From NCBI GenBank assembly GCA_965216755.1, contig CBDCGL010000011.1, positions 3,008,001 through 3,072,000 of the forward strand: DNA of 64,000 bases, given 5' to 3'. Origin of the DNA: Alphaproteobacteria bacterium (GTDB taxonomy: Bacteria; Pseudomonadota; Alphaproteobacteria; UBA7887). Within the stretch, counting starts at the first letter, position 1; every line of letters begins with the position of its first letter. Under the pieces are notes generated by a model that saw only the letters and a list, made by a program, of their open reading frames with translations, ran no database searches and was not told where the DNA came from. Positions 20,763 to 29,621 of the stretch are shown piece by piece. Made by a program: the position numbers and the translations under genes.

Positions 20763-21815
20763 TTACGGAATTACCCGCATGTCGCGGAACGATTGAAACA
20801 TGCGCAAAAACATCTCTTCGCTGCGTACCGCTTCGTGGAAACCATGTAGCCTGATCTTCAGCGTATCGGTCATCACGTCCCAATCGGTGCCGAACACATA
20901 GTCGGCGAAGGGCCACGCCGCCATATCTTCATAGCGGTGTGGCTTGAGCTCATGTTTGCGCACAATCTCATCCCACAGTGGGCCTTTGTCGGCCATGAAC
21001 GCGGTCAACGGTATGGTCTGCACATCGCCCAGTTCCATGTCGAAAAACTTGGCCAAGCGTGGCCATAAGTTGCGCCAACGAAAAAAGTCGGTGTTAGTGA
21101 TGTTGAACACCTGATTGGCCGCGCGTGGCTCGGTTGCGCACCACACCATCGCCTTGCTCAGCAAATCGGCGTCGGTGACTTGGTAGACGGCGTTATAGCT
21201 GCCGGGTGTTCCGGGAAAACGGAGCGGCAGCCCAAGTTCCTTGGAAATGGTCGCGTAGACCGCGATCACGGTGGTGATATTCATCGGGTTGCCGAGCGCG
21301 AAGCCGCACACGGTGTGCGGGCGCAGCACCGACCACGACCAGTCCTTGCCCTGTTGATGCAGCCGCAGCCATTGCTCCTGATCCCAATAGAAATTGGGCA
21401 ACATATGGGGCGGGTCGTCTTCGCGCGCCGGGGTCTTGAATGGCCCCAGATGGCTGCCATAGATTTTGTTGCCTTCGATCAAATTGACATGGCGCAACCG
21501 GGTCGAGACCGCTTCGATCGGCTCGACCGCATTGACCAGCATGGCGACATTGGGCGCGTTGTGCTCCGCCCAGGTTGGGCGCGCCTGAAACGCGCAATAG
21601 AAAATGTCGGTGGCGTCACCGAGGCCGACCAACTTACGTTCGGCGTCGGCCCGGTCCAACAGATCAACCGAAACAAACTCGGCGCGGCTGTCGAAATCGG
21701 GCACCCGGCGCGACAGACCGACAATGTCCCAGGCCGGATCCGGTTCCAACAGCTTGACCACGTTGCGGCCGATCACGCCGAGCGCGCCGACCACCACTGC
21801 CTTGCGTTCCGCCAT
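20763..21815 (-). CDS. Extended SDR, PRISE/progesterone 5-beta-reductase-like
   Basis: GALGVIG, GLSRR, KIYGSHLGPFKTPAREDDP, PNFYWDQE, PLRFPG. Confidence 0.8.
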   Translation of the reverse strand: MAERKAVVVGALGVIGRNVVKLLEPDPAWDIVGLSRRVPDFDSRAEFVSVDLLDRADAERKLVGLGDATDIFYCAFQARPTWAEHNAPNVAMLVNAVEPIEAVSTRLRHVNLIEGNKIYGSHLGPFKTPAREDDPPHMLPNFYWDQEQWLRLHQQGKDWSWSVLRPHTVCGFALGNPMNITTVIAVYATISKELGLPLRFPGTPGSYNAVYQVTDADLLSKAMVWCATEPRAANQVFNITNTDFFRWRNLWPRLAKFFDMELGDVQTIPLTAFMADKGPLWDEIVRKHELKPHRYEDMAAWPFADYVFGTDWDVMTDTLKIRLHGFHEAVRSEEMFLRMFQSFRDMRVIP

Positions 21816-21849
21816 GTCGTCCTCCGCTTGGGTGCGCCGCCGCCGCAGC

Positions 21850-21864
21850 TTTACATTTCTTTAC
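21850..21864 (-). promoter_or_regulatory. CpxR-type binding box
   Basis: GTAAA-GAAAT-GTAAA on the minus strand, exact GTAAA-N5-GTAAA consensus, ~95 bp upstream of the Spy/CpxP-like gene. Confidence 0.75.
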
Positions 21865-21959
21865 GCGGTCGACAAACACCGGCAAACAGCCGCCGCCAAA
21901 TTCCAGTTTGCCACGATGAGTGCGGGCAATGGGACCATCCTCCAGAACGGGAGCTTGTG

Positions 21960-22511
21960 ATGACAGACCAGCAAAATGCGAACCCCTCAAACGATACCGA
22001 TCCCAAGCGCGGCGGCAGCTGGCGGCGGGTGTTTATCGGCGCTGCGGCCGCGGCCGGCGTGACCGCGCTGGTGGTCGGCGGCGCGGTTGCCGTGTCTGCC
22101 CATGGCGGCAAGGGCCATGGCGGCTGGCACGGGCCGGTATCGATCGAGGCCATGCAAGACCGCGCCGAACGTAAGCTCGATCGCATGCTCGACAAGGTCG
22201 ACGCCAACGACGCCCAAAAACAGGAGATTCAGGCGATCGCCGCGGCCCTGATCGAAGAGGTTCATCCGACCATCGATCAACATCGCGAGAACCGGCGCGC
22301 GTTTTTTGCCGCGCTGACCGGGGCCGAGGTCGACCATGCGTCCATCGAGCGCCTGCGTGCGGCCGAAATGGCATTGCTTGATGACGCCTCGGCCGATGTG
22401 GTTGACGCCTTGGCGCGGGCCGCCGACGTGCTGACGCCGGAACAACGCCAGCAATTGGCTGAATGGCGTGGCCGGCACCATCGTCGGGATGGCGACCGCG
22501 ACGCCGAGTAA
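21960..22511 (+). CDS. Spy/CpxP-family periplasmic protein
   Basis: Signal/TM segment, His/Gly-rich linker, VLTPEQR (LTxxQ) motif; upstream of an RR-HK pair. Confidence 0.85.
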   Translation: MTDQQNANPSNDTDPKRGGSWRRVFIGAAAAAGVTALVVGGAVAVSAHGGKGHGGWHGPVSIEAMQDRAERKLDRMLDKVDANDAQKQEIQAIAAALIEEVHPTIDQHRENRRAFFAALTGAEVDHASIERLRAAEMALLDDASADVVDALARAADVLTPEQRQQLAEWRGRHHRRDGDRDAE

Positions 22512-22579
22512 ATATCGAGATTGAGGCGGGTTTTTGCGGCCGATGACGACCGCGAAAGCCCGCATCCGGGCGTCATGTG

Positions 22580-22854
22580 CTAGAGCAGTGTCCGACGATA
22601 TTGAATCAATTCTGTTCGCGGCCCGGCATGGCGGTCCGCGCGAAGGGCGGCGCAGCGCGATGCTGGTGCATCGGGCAAGCCGTCCGACAAAGTGGGCGCC
22701 CGCCGGTCGCGAACCCGTAGGGCCGGACGCCTTTTTGCCAATCTCGGCGTCGCTGTCCTTGGCCGTATTGCCAATACGCCCTGCGGACAGCGACTTGATC
22801 TTGACGAAAAGGCGCGCTGGCAGAATGGTTCAATATCGTTGGACGCTGCTCTAA
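22580..22854. mobile_element. MITE-like element, copy 2 (275 bp, inverted relative to copy 1)
   Basis: Starts CTAGAGCAGTGTCCGACGATATTGAATCAA, ends TGGTTCAATATCGTTGGACGCTGCTCTAA; collinear with the reverse complement of 6970-7244. Confidence 0.9.
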
Positions 22855-22887
22855 GGGTAGCGGAAATTGGACAATCCGGGCGGTGCC

Positions 22888-23586
22888 ATGGCCAGCCGTA
22901 TCCTGATGATCGAAGACGATGAATCGTTGGCGGCGATGGTCGGCGAATATCTCGCCGAAATGGATATGGCGGTGACCGCCCGCCACACCGCCGCCGACGG
23001 ATTGGCGGCGGCGCAGCGTGATGCCTATGACGCCATCGTGCTGGATATCATGCTGCCCGATCTAGACGGCTTCGAAGTGTGTCGCCGCCTTCGTGCCCAG
23101 TCCGATGTCCCGGTTTTGATGCTCACAGCGCGCGGCGATGAAATGGACCGGATTGTCGGTTTGGAACTGGGCGCCGACGACTATTTGCCAAAACCGTTCA
23201 ACCCGCGCGAATTGCTGGCCCGCTTGCGGGCAATTTTGCGCCGACGCGGCGGTAGTGCGCGGCGGCCCGGCGAGATCGTGCGTTTTGGGCGGCTGGAGAT
23301 CGACCGCGACCGTCGCGCCGTGCGGGTCGGCGGCGATGAGAAGTCGTTGACCGGCTATCAATTCGATTTGCTCAATGCGCTGGCCGACAATGCCGGTCGG
23401 GTCATGTCGCGCGATGCTTTGATGGATCATCTCAAAGGGCATGCCTACGATGTCTACGATCGCAGTATCGATGTGCATATTTCGCGCATTCGTGCCGCCA
23501 TTGAAGACGACCCGAAACACCCCACGCGTATCTTGACGGTTCGCGGCACCGGCTATGTTTTTGCGCGCCGGCAAGACGACGGCTGA
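22888..23586 (+). CDS. OmpR/CpxR-family response regulator
   Basis: IEDD, LDIMLP..DG, GADDYLPKPFNPREL, DRSIDVHISRIR, TVRG.GY. Confidence 0.95.
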   Translation: MASRILMIEDDESLAAMVGEYLAEMDMAVTARHTAADGLAAAQRDAYDAIVLDIMLPDLDGFEVCRRLRAQSDVPVLMLTARGDEMDRIVGLELGADDYLPKPFNPRELLARLRAILRRRGGSARRPGEIVRFGRLEIDRDRRAVRVGGDEKSLTGYQFDLLNALADNAGRVMSRDALMDHLKGHAYDVYDRSIDVHISRIRAAIEDDPKHPTRILTVRGTGYVFARRQDDG

Positions 23587-23592
23587 ACCACG

Positions 23593-24849
23593 GTGCGGCG
23601 TCTCTACCTTCAGATCTACGCAGCGTTTATCGGCATCGTCGTGTTGTTCGGTGTGCTCAGCGCGCTGACCTGGTGGCTGACCGATGATCGTCCCGGCGGC
23701 CGCGAATGGCGCGATGGCATCGTCTATATCGCCGCGCGGCTGCTGCCGCCGTCCGACGCGTCGCCCGATGCCGTCGACCGGGCCCTGCAAGAGATCCACG
23801 ACCGTTTCGGCGTCGACGTGACTTTGCGCGCCGCAGATGGGCGGCCCTTGGCGGCGGTCGGCCGGCCATTGCCGGCTTTGGATCCGGCGCGCGCGCGCCA
23901 GGGCTGGGTGCGTGATCGCCATGGTTGGCGCCTGACATTGGCATTGCCGGATGGGCGCCGGCTGGCCGTGCGTCGCGATCGACCGCACGGGCCGCGTTGG
24001 CTGGTCATTGTCGGATTGCTGGCGACCGCGATTGCGATTGGTGTCTATCCCCTTGCCCGGCGCATGACGGGACGGTTGGAACGCCTGCGCGCCGGCGTCG
24101 AAGACCTTGGCGCGGGCGATTTGGCGACGCGGGTGCGGGTTGAGGGCTCGGACGAGGTTGCTCACTTGGCGGAAAGTTTCAACGCGGCGGCCGATCGCAT
24201 CGAGCGCCTGGTCACAGCCCAACGTTCGATGCTGGCCGGTGCGTCGCACGAACTGCGCTCGCCGTTGGCGCGCATTCGCATGGCGTTCGAATTGCTCACC
24301 GGCGATGATCGGATCGAATTGCGCCAGCAGGTCGATCACGATATTCGCGAGCTCGACGAACTGATCGATGAGCTTTTGCTGGCCAGTCGGCTGCAATCGC
24401 TCGATGGCTTGGAACATCCCGAACCCGTCGACATGTTGGCGGTGGCGGTGGAAGAAGGCATGCGGGTCGGCGCGGTTGTCACCGGCGCGGCCGCCACGAT
24501 CAACGGCGATCCGCGCATGTTGCGGCGCCTGGCGCGCAATCTGTTCGAGAATGCTCGCAAACACGGCGGCGACACAGCGATCGACGCGACTGTCACGATG
24601 ACCGACGATGGCCAACTGCGGTTTGTTGTGGCAGATCGCGGTCCTGGCATTCCAGATGCGGAACGCGAACGGATATTCGAACCGTTTTATCGGCCACAGG
24701 GCTTGCGCGAAAGCCGTGACCCGGGCGTCGGGCTGGGGCTGGCCCTGGTTCAACAGATCGCCCGCCGCCATGGCGGCCGCGCGGTCTGCCAACCACGCGC
24801 CGACGGTGGCAGCGAATTCATTATTACGTTGCCCATCGACGTGACGTGA
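23593..24849 (+). CDS. HAMP-domain sensor histidine kinase
   Basis: Two TM helices, SHELRSPL, NLFENA, D.GPGI, G.GLGL. Confidence 0.95.
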   Translation: MRRLYLQIYAAFIGIVVLFGVLSALTWWLTDDRPGGREWRDGIVYIAARLLPPSDASPDAVDRALQEIHDRFGVDVTLRAADGRPLAAVGRPLPALDPARARQGWVRDRHGWRLTLALPDGRRLAVRRDRPHGPRWLVIVGLLATAIAIGVYPLARRMTGRLERLRAGVEDLGAGDLATRVRVEGSDEVAHLAESFNAAADRIERLVTAQRSMLAGASHELRSPLARIRMAFELLTGDDRIELRQQVDHDIRELDELIDELLLASRLQSLDGLEHPEPVDMLAVAVEEGMRVGAVVTGAAATINGDPRMLRRLARNLFENARKHGGDTAIDATVTMTDDGQLRFVVADRGPGIPDAERERIFEPFYRPQGLRESRDPGVGLGLALVQQIARRHGGRAVCQPRADGGSEFIITLPIDVT

Positions 24850-24952
24850 GCGCATGACCGCCACACCATACCCTGAAGCGCGGGGATAGTTGCGGAGACC
24901 CCGAGCCGCTATCATCGGGCGGCGAGAAAGAGAGACGTGAGGGAGTGAAATC

Positions 24953-25315
24953 GTGCGAGGACGAGGGTGTGGTCCATTAATTTTGAAGCTAATGGTTAGC
25001 TTGATTGTGCTGGCGCTCGGCGCCACGGCCGTGACAGCGGCGGATATCGGCGGCTATGCCCGATGCGGCGCCGACTATGTCGCGATCCCGGCATCATTGG
25101 GCCATCCCGACGCGTGGGGCTTTGCGCAACGAAAAAAGTCACAGATGCGTTTCGGCGACAACTATTCGCCCGAAGAAATCAATGCGCCGACAGCCAGCAA
25201 CGCGGTTTTCGAGGAAACCGCGCTGCGCGACGGTCTATTTGTCGTCGATTGCGCCGATGTGTTGCTGCCGACCGACGGTGCGTGGCAATATTTCGAGGAC
25301 AGCTTCATGGACTGA
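24953..25315 (+). CDS. Hypothetical exported protein
   Basis: Signal-peptide-like N-terminus, two further Cys; no recognised motif. Confidence 0.5.
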   Translation: MRGRGCGPLILKLMVSLIVLALGATAVTAADIGGYARCGADYVAIPASLGHPDAWGFAQRKKSQMRFGDNYSPEEINAPTASNAVFEETALRDGLFVVDCADVLLPTDGAWQYFEDSFMD

Positions 25316-25928
25316 TCCGCGTCAAGGCGCCCGGTAGATCGACCTTCGTTCAAACGGACTCGTTTGAGCGAAGAAAATTTGATCGATATCAAATAGAATA
25401 CGTGACAACCGTATCTGGATTGTTCTTTCTCAGCCGGCTTGGGATCGGTCCGGCACACTATTCTTGGTGTTGACGCCACGGGCCGACCCGACAGCCGTGT
25501 TTGCCACGCAGCGCCTGCCGCGGCAATCAAGTCATGACGATTGCGCGCTTGGTTGCCTGAGAATGGTGCAAACCGAACGTTGCCGGTGATTTCGACCGCG
25601 TGCTCGCCAGATACAGATTTGTTTTCGGACGGGGTAGACAGTGGAATTTGACCCAACTGAGATGTTGCCGGTGCCAAGTGTCAGTGCGCAAACGCCTCTG
25701 GCCCTGGATCGGGCGGCACCTCCCGGCCACGATCGAATCGTCCGGTCCTCACAAGGATATCGTATGCAAGTCCAATTGGCCCTCGTCAGCGACCATCGCC
25801 CACGATCATTCTCGATAGAACTCGTCAATCGCGACCTTAGAATAAGCCCAATCGAAGTCGTTGCACGCGATCGGAAGGGCCGCGCCGCGCGAACGCCAGG
25901 CGCGACACGAACACGCAAACCGGACGTA

Positions 25929-26384
25929 TCAGGGCTTCAAACTGAGAAACGCCAATCCGCCGAGCAGCTCCGCCGCACTATCCAATTGCTGCCGGCAAGC
26001 GACGAGATGTTCTTCAAAGATGCCCTCAGTATGACGGATATCATCCTGTGTTCCGCGTGAAATTATCTTGGTACAGACCGTAGAACTGAAATCCATCGAA
26101 CGGGAATCAACCTCGAAGTAGGCCCCTTCATCGCCCTCGGGGCTTGAACATTCAACGGCTGCGCCCTCTGTTTCGGACACCCCGCCCCAACCCCGACTGG
26201 GGCCGAAAGCTTGCACGCCACCGATCGACTCACATACCTTGGCTATTTCCTCGGCGGCGAAGCAAGGGCAGGTGTCCTCCGCATATCCGGGAGATGAGAC
26301 GAGCAACGCGGCCAAGACTATCGATGCGCCCAGACGAGCGAGATCGAACAAACGGCCCAAGCACGATATGCGGTGAAACTCCAT
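25929..26384 (-). CDS. Hypothetical Cys-rich exported protein
   Basis: GGAGG RBS, signal peptide, CPCF plus four more Cys. Confidence 0.55.
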   Translation of the reverse strand: MEFHRISCLGRLFDLARLGASIVLAALLVSSPGYAEDTCPCFAAEEIAKVCESIGGVQAFGPSRGWGGVSETEGAAVECSSPEGDEGAYFEVDSRSMDFSSTVCTKIISRGTQDDIRHTEGIFEEHLVACRQQLDSAAELLGGLAFLSLKP

Positions 26385-26504
26385 GTGATAACCCTCCGAA
26401 CCGACGCGATTGGAAGCGTGGCAAAAAAGACACACCATTGGGCCAGGGGCCAAATCAATTGTCAATGTGGTCGGAAAGCGCTCTGGCTGCGGTCGGACAC
26501 TGCT

Positions 26505-27239
26505 CTAGCTGGGGCGGCAGGGTGTGTCTGAGACGACGCGGGCGGCCTTGGCCGAGGGCGCAGTCTCGGAGGTACGGGCCGACTTGAGCAGCCACCCCAT
26601 GCCGAGGGTCGCGATCAGGGCGCCGGCCAATTGGGCGACGACGAACGGCGCCACGTGAACCGGCGCGATGCCCGAGAACGTATCGGTGAACGCGCGCGCG
26701 ATGGTCACGGCCGGGTTGGCGAACGAGGTCGAGGCGGTAAACCAATAGCCGGCGGTGATGAATAGGCCGACGGCATATGGCACGGCCTCTGGTCGCCAGC
26801 GCAAGGTACCCAGAATTGTGCCGACCAGCCCCAGGGTTGCCACGGCCTCTGACAGCCATTGTGACGGTCCATCGCGCACTTTGGTCGACCACTCGATCGC
26901 GGCCAACTCGAACATGCCGTGAGCGACCAACACACCGATGAGTCCGCCCGCCACTTGCACCGCGACATAGAGCACGGCGTCGCCCAGCGAAATTTCGCGG
27001 CGCACCAGAAAGGCCAACGTGACGGCCGGATTGAAATGGGCGCCGGAAATCGGTCCAAATACCAAGATCAAAACAACCAATATGGCACCCGTGGGGATGG
27101 TATTGCCCAGCAAAGCCAACCCGACATTGCCGTCGGCCAACCGCTCGCCCATGATCCCAGAGCCGACCACGGTCGCCAAGAGCATCGCCGTCCCGACCGC
27201 CTCAGCGGCCAACCGCCGGCGCGTATCAAAAACTGCCAT
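26505..27239 (-). CDS. MIP/aquaporin channel, arsenic-operon (AqpS-like) type
   Basis: AE..GTA.LLATVVGSGIM, SGAHFNPAVT, YWFTASTSFANPAVT; directly downstream of an arsC relic. Confidence 0.9.
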   Translation of the reverse strand: MAVFDTRRRLAAEAVGTAMLLATVVGSGIMGERLADGNVGLALLGNTIPTGAILVVLILVFGPISGAHFNPAVTLAFLVRREISLGDAVLYVAVQVAGGLIGVLVAHGMFELAAIEWSTKVRDGPSQWLSEAVATLGLVGTILGTLRWRPEAVPYAVGLFITAGYWFTASTSFANPAVTIARAFTDTFSGIAPVHVAPFVVAQLAGALIATLGMGWLLKSARTSETAPSAKAARVVSDTPCRPS

Positions 27240-27255
27240 ATGCGTACGCCGATCC

Positions 27256-27597
27256 TCAGCCTGGTTCGCGCGCCGGTTCGGAAGCCGGCTGGCCAATATT
27301 GTCAAGCCGCGCCTGCAAGCTCAACCGGTCCGGCGAGGCGATCGGCAGATTGATAAATATGTTGACCCGATTGTTGAGCATGCACATGGCATCGACGAAC
27401 GCCGCGCGCTGGTCGGATCGTTCTGATTTCGCAGCAGCCGCAAGGCGTAAGGGGTGGACCGCGCCTTTGGCATGGTTGCCCGCACTATGGCCTTTGAAGT
27501 GGCGGCCACCGACGCGGTTGAGAATTGCCTCGGCCATGATGCTGCGCGCCGAATTGCCGGTACACAGGAACAGAACGTTATACGCTTTGTCAGACAG
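27256..27597 (-). pseudogene. arsC: Arsenate reductase (LMW-PTP type) pseudogene
   Basis: [19 protein letters not shown] intact; frameshift at VHP/YALRLL (~27450); the central part (resolving Cys and the DP motif) is missing; C-terminal RVNIFINLP retained; no ATG start. Confidence 0.85.
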
Positions 27598-27815
27598 GGT
27601 GATCTTGCCCGGTTGCTTGTTTGCGCTGATCCGCGCAAACCAAAAGATGCCGTCCCTGCGTGTGGCCGCGACTTGACTGATGCACCGTATCTTACTGCGG
27701 GAATATTGAGGTTCCGTGGCAAGAGCCGCGCGACGGTGGTGTGGTGGCGGGCCTATCGCTGGCGCGCGCGCCCACCTTGATGTACGGTGTTTTGATGATT
27801 GCACGAATACCGACG

Positions 27816-28295
27816 ATGGTCCGGTGCGGCGTCGTCCTTTGTTTCCTTGCCGGGGCGGCGTCGGCGGCGGATGTCGAAGGCGGCCTGGCGGCCGCGGAGC
27901 GTGGCGACTACGCAGCGGCCAAGTTGGCGTTCGAGTCCGCGGCAGAGGCCGGTGATGGCCGCGGCGCATTCTTTGTCGGGGTCATATATGACACCGGCGC
28001 CGGCGTCGACCGCGATCTCAATACCGCAGCGATATGGTATCGTAAGGCCGCCGAGCTAGACGTCGCCGAAGCCCAATATAATTTGGCGGTCATGTATGCC
28101 AATGGTGAAGGTCTGCCGAAAGATTTGGTGCATGCCTATGTTTGGTTTCGCCGTGCCGCGGATAATGGCATGGACGATGCGGCTGGCCACATTGAGACGC
28201 TGGAAAATATGATGTCCCAAGATGCGTTGGAAAAAGCGCGCGACCTTTTTGGTGCCAAGTCCGACGCGCAACCCGTTGCAAAACCGGATTCGTGA
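27816..28295 (+). CDS. Sel1-repeat exported protein
   Basis: [24 protein letters not shown]...AYVWF. Confidence 0.85.
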   Translation: MVRCGVVLCFLAGAASAADVEGGLAAAERGDYAAAKLAFESAAEAGDGRGAFFVGVIYDTGAGVDRDLNTAAIWYRKAAELDVAEAQYNLAVMYANGEGLPKDLVHAYVWFRRAADNGMDDAAGHIETLENMMSQDALEKARDLFGAKSDAQPVAKPDS

Positions 28296-28327
28296 CCGAC
28301 GGTTTAGATGGTGCGGACTGCTTGATC

Positions 28328-28723
28328 CTAGTCCGCAATGTCGCTGGCGTGCGCATCGACATTATGGCACGAGGCACACCATTGATGCGCGATCTGCTGG
28401 CCGACGATGGGGCTTGCCGACATGCCGAGCTCGGCCGGCGATAATCCTTTGAGCGTCGCGAAATACGCCAACACGGCTTCCCGTTCTGGTGGCCAAAACC
28501 AGAAGCCCGGCATGTTCATATGGGGTTGTGGGTCTTTGAGGCCGCGCAGGAAAGAATCAATTTCGGCCAACGATCGGCCTTTTGGTCCCGCGATCACGTG
28601 AAATGGCGGCGCATCCGCGGGCGCGGCGGCACTGTCGTCAAGACAACCGGCGTTTCCGATTGCCATGACAGCAAGTATGACGCGCCAATTTTTGCGCTTC
28701 CAGCCGGCCATCGCACCGATCAT
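28328..28723 (-). CDS. Atypical cytochrome c with C-terminal CxxCH (apparently circularly permuted)
   Basis: APPF..IA, HMNMP and LAYF.TL come before GQQIAHQWCASCH. Confidence 0.7.
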   Translation of the reverse strand: MIGAMAGWKRKNWRVILAVMAIGNAGCLDDSAAAPADAPPFHVIAGPKGRSLAEIDSFLRGLKDPQPHMNMPGFWFWPPEREAVLAYFATLKGLSPAELGMSASPIVGQQIAHQWCASCHNVDAHASDIAD

Positions 28724-28910
28724 ATGAGCCAGTTCCGAACAAGCATCGTGTCACAGGGCGACCGATATCAATCGATCGGACAACACCCATTTTACGGCGC
28801 GCCCACCGCAACGCCATGTCCAATGCGCCACGCGGGCGCTGTATTGGTGGCCCGGATATGTTAAGCGGCAGCGCGCGAGACACGAGACCGAACGCTGAAT
28901 GCGCACCGAC

Positions 28911-29591
28911 ATGACCGTGCCACCAGACCGTGCAGCGCGTCGACACCCCCGGCAGCCTATTTTCAACGCACCCCCGGCGACTTTGGCGCTGTGCTTTGTG
29001 CTGATCGCATGTCATGTGCTGATGGTCATGGTGCCGGCCGCGCGGCGCGCCGAAATGTACGACTCGTTGTCATTCCAGCCGGCGCGGTTCTGGGCCCAAT
29101 TCGCGGCGGATGGCGGATTGACGCTGGCCGGTGTTTTGCCGCTGATCAGTCATGCGTTTTTGCACGCCGATTTCTTTCATTTGATCGTCAACACTGGTTT
29201 GTTGTTGGCCTTTGCCGCGGTCGTCGAGCGGCGCCTGGGCGCCATCGGCATGATGTCGATATTCCTGGTTGGGGTCGGCGCCGGAGCCGTGGCGCAATTG
29301 GCGGCGGAGGGCGCAATCGCGGCGATCATGATCGGTGCGTCGGGTGGCGTTCACGCTGTGATGGGGGCGGCCGCGGTCATGTTTTATTGTCTGCCCGGAA
29401 CAGGCCAGAGGCGCGCAGCTTTGATCTTCGTCGCGGTAATCGTGGGGCTTAACTTGGCGCTTGGCGTATTCTCGTTGGGTCCGCTTATCGCCGGCAGCAA
29501 AGTCGCGTGGCAGGCCCATATCGGTGGCCTTATCGCTGGCGCCATCCTCGGCTACGTTTGGTTGAGATTACGCTTTTCTGCGCTGGGCTAG
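28911..29591 (+). CDS. Rhomboid intramembrane serine protease
   Basis: FLHAD.FHL.VN, IGASGG, AWQAHIGG. Confidence 0.9.
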   Translation: MTVPPDRAARRHPRQPIFNAPPATLALCFVLIACHVLMVMVPAARRAEMYDSLSFQPARFWAQFAADGGLTLAGVLPLISHAFLHADFFHLIVNTGLLLAFAAVVERRLGAIGMMSIFLVGVGAGAVAQLAAEGAIAAIMIGASGGVHAVMGAAAVMFYCLPGTGQRRAALIFVAVIVGLNLALGVFSLGPLIAGSKVAWQAHIGGLIAGAILGYVWLRLRFSALG

Positions 29592-29621
29592 GGCCGGTCG
29601 CAGCAACAAGGAGGGACGGAC

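Noticed and set aside
23062-25026. 654-aa minus-strand ORF and other long antisense ORFs (e.g. 618-1619, 53332-54375)
   Set aside because: Shadow frames of well-supported genes, as expected from high-GC codon usage.
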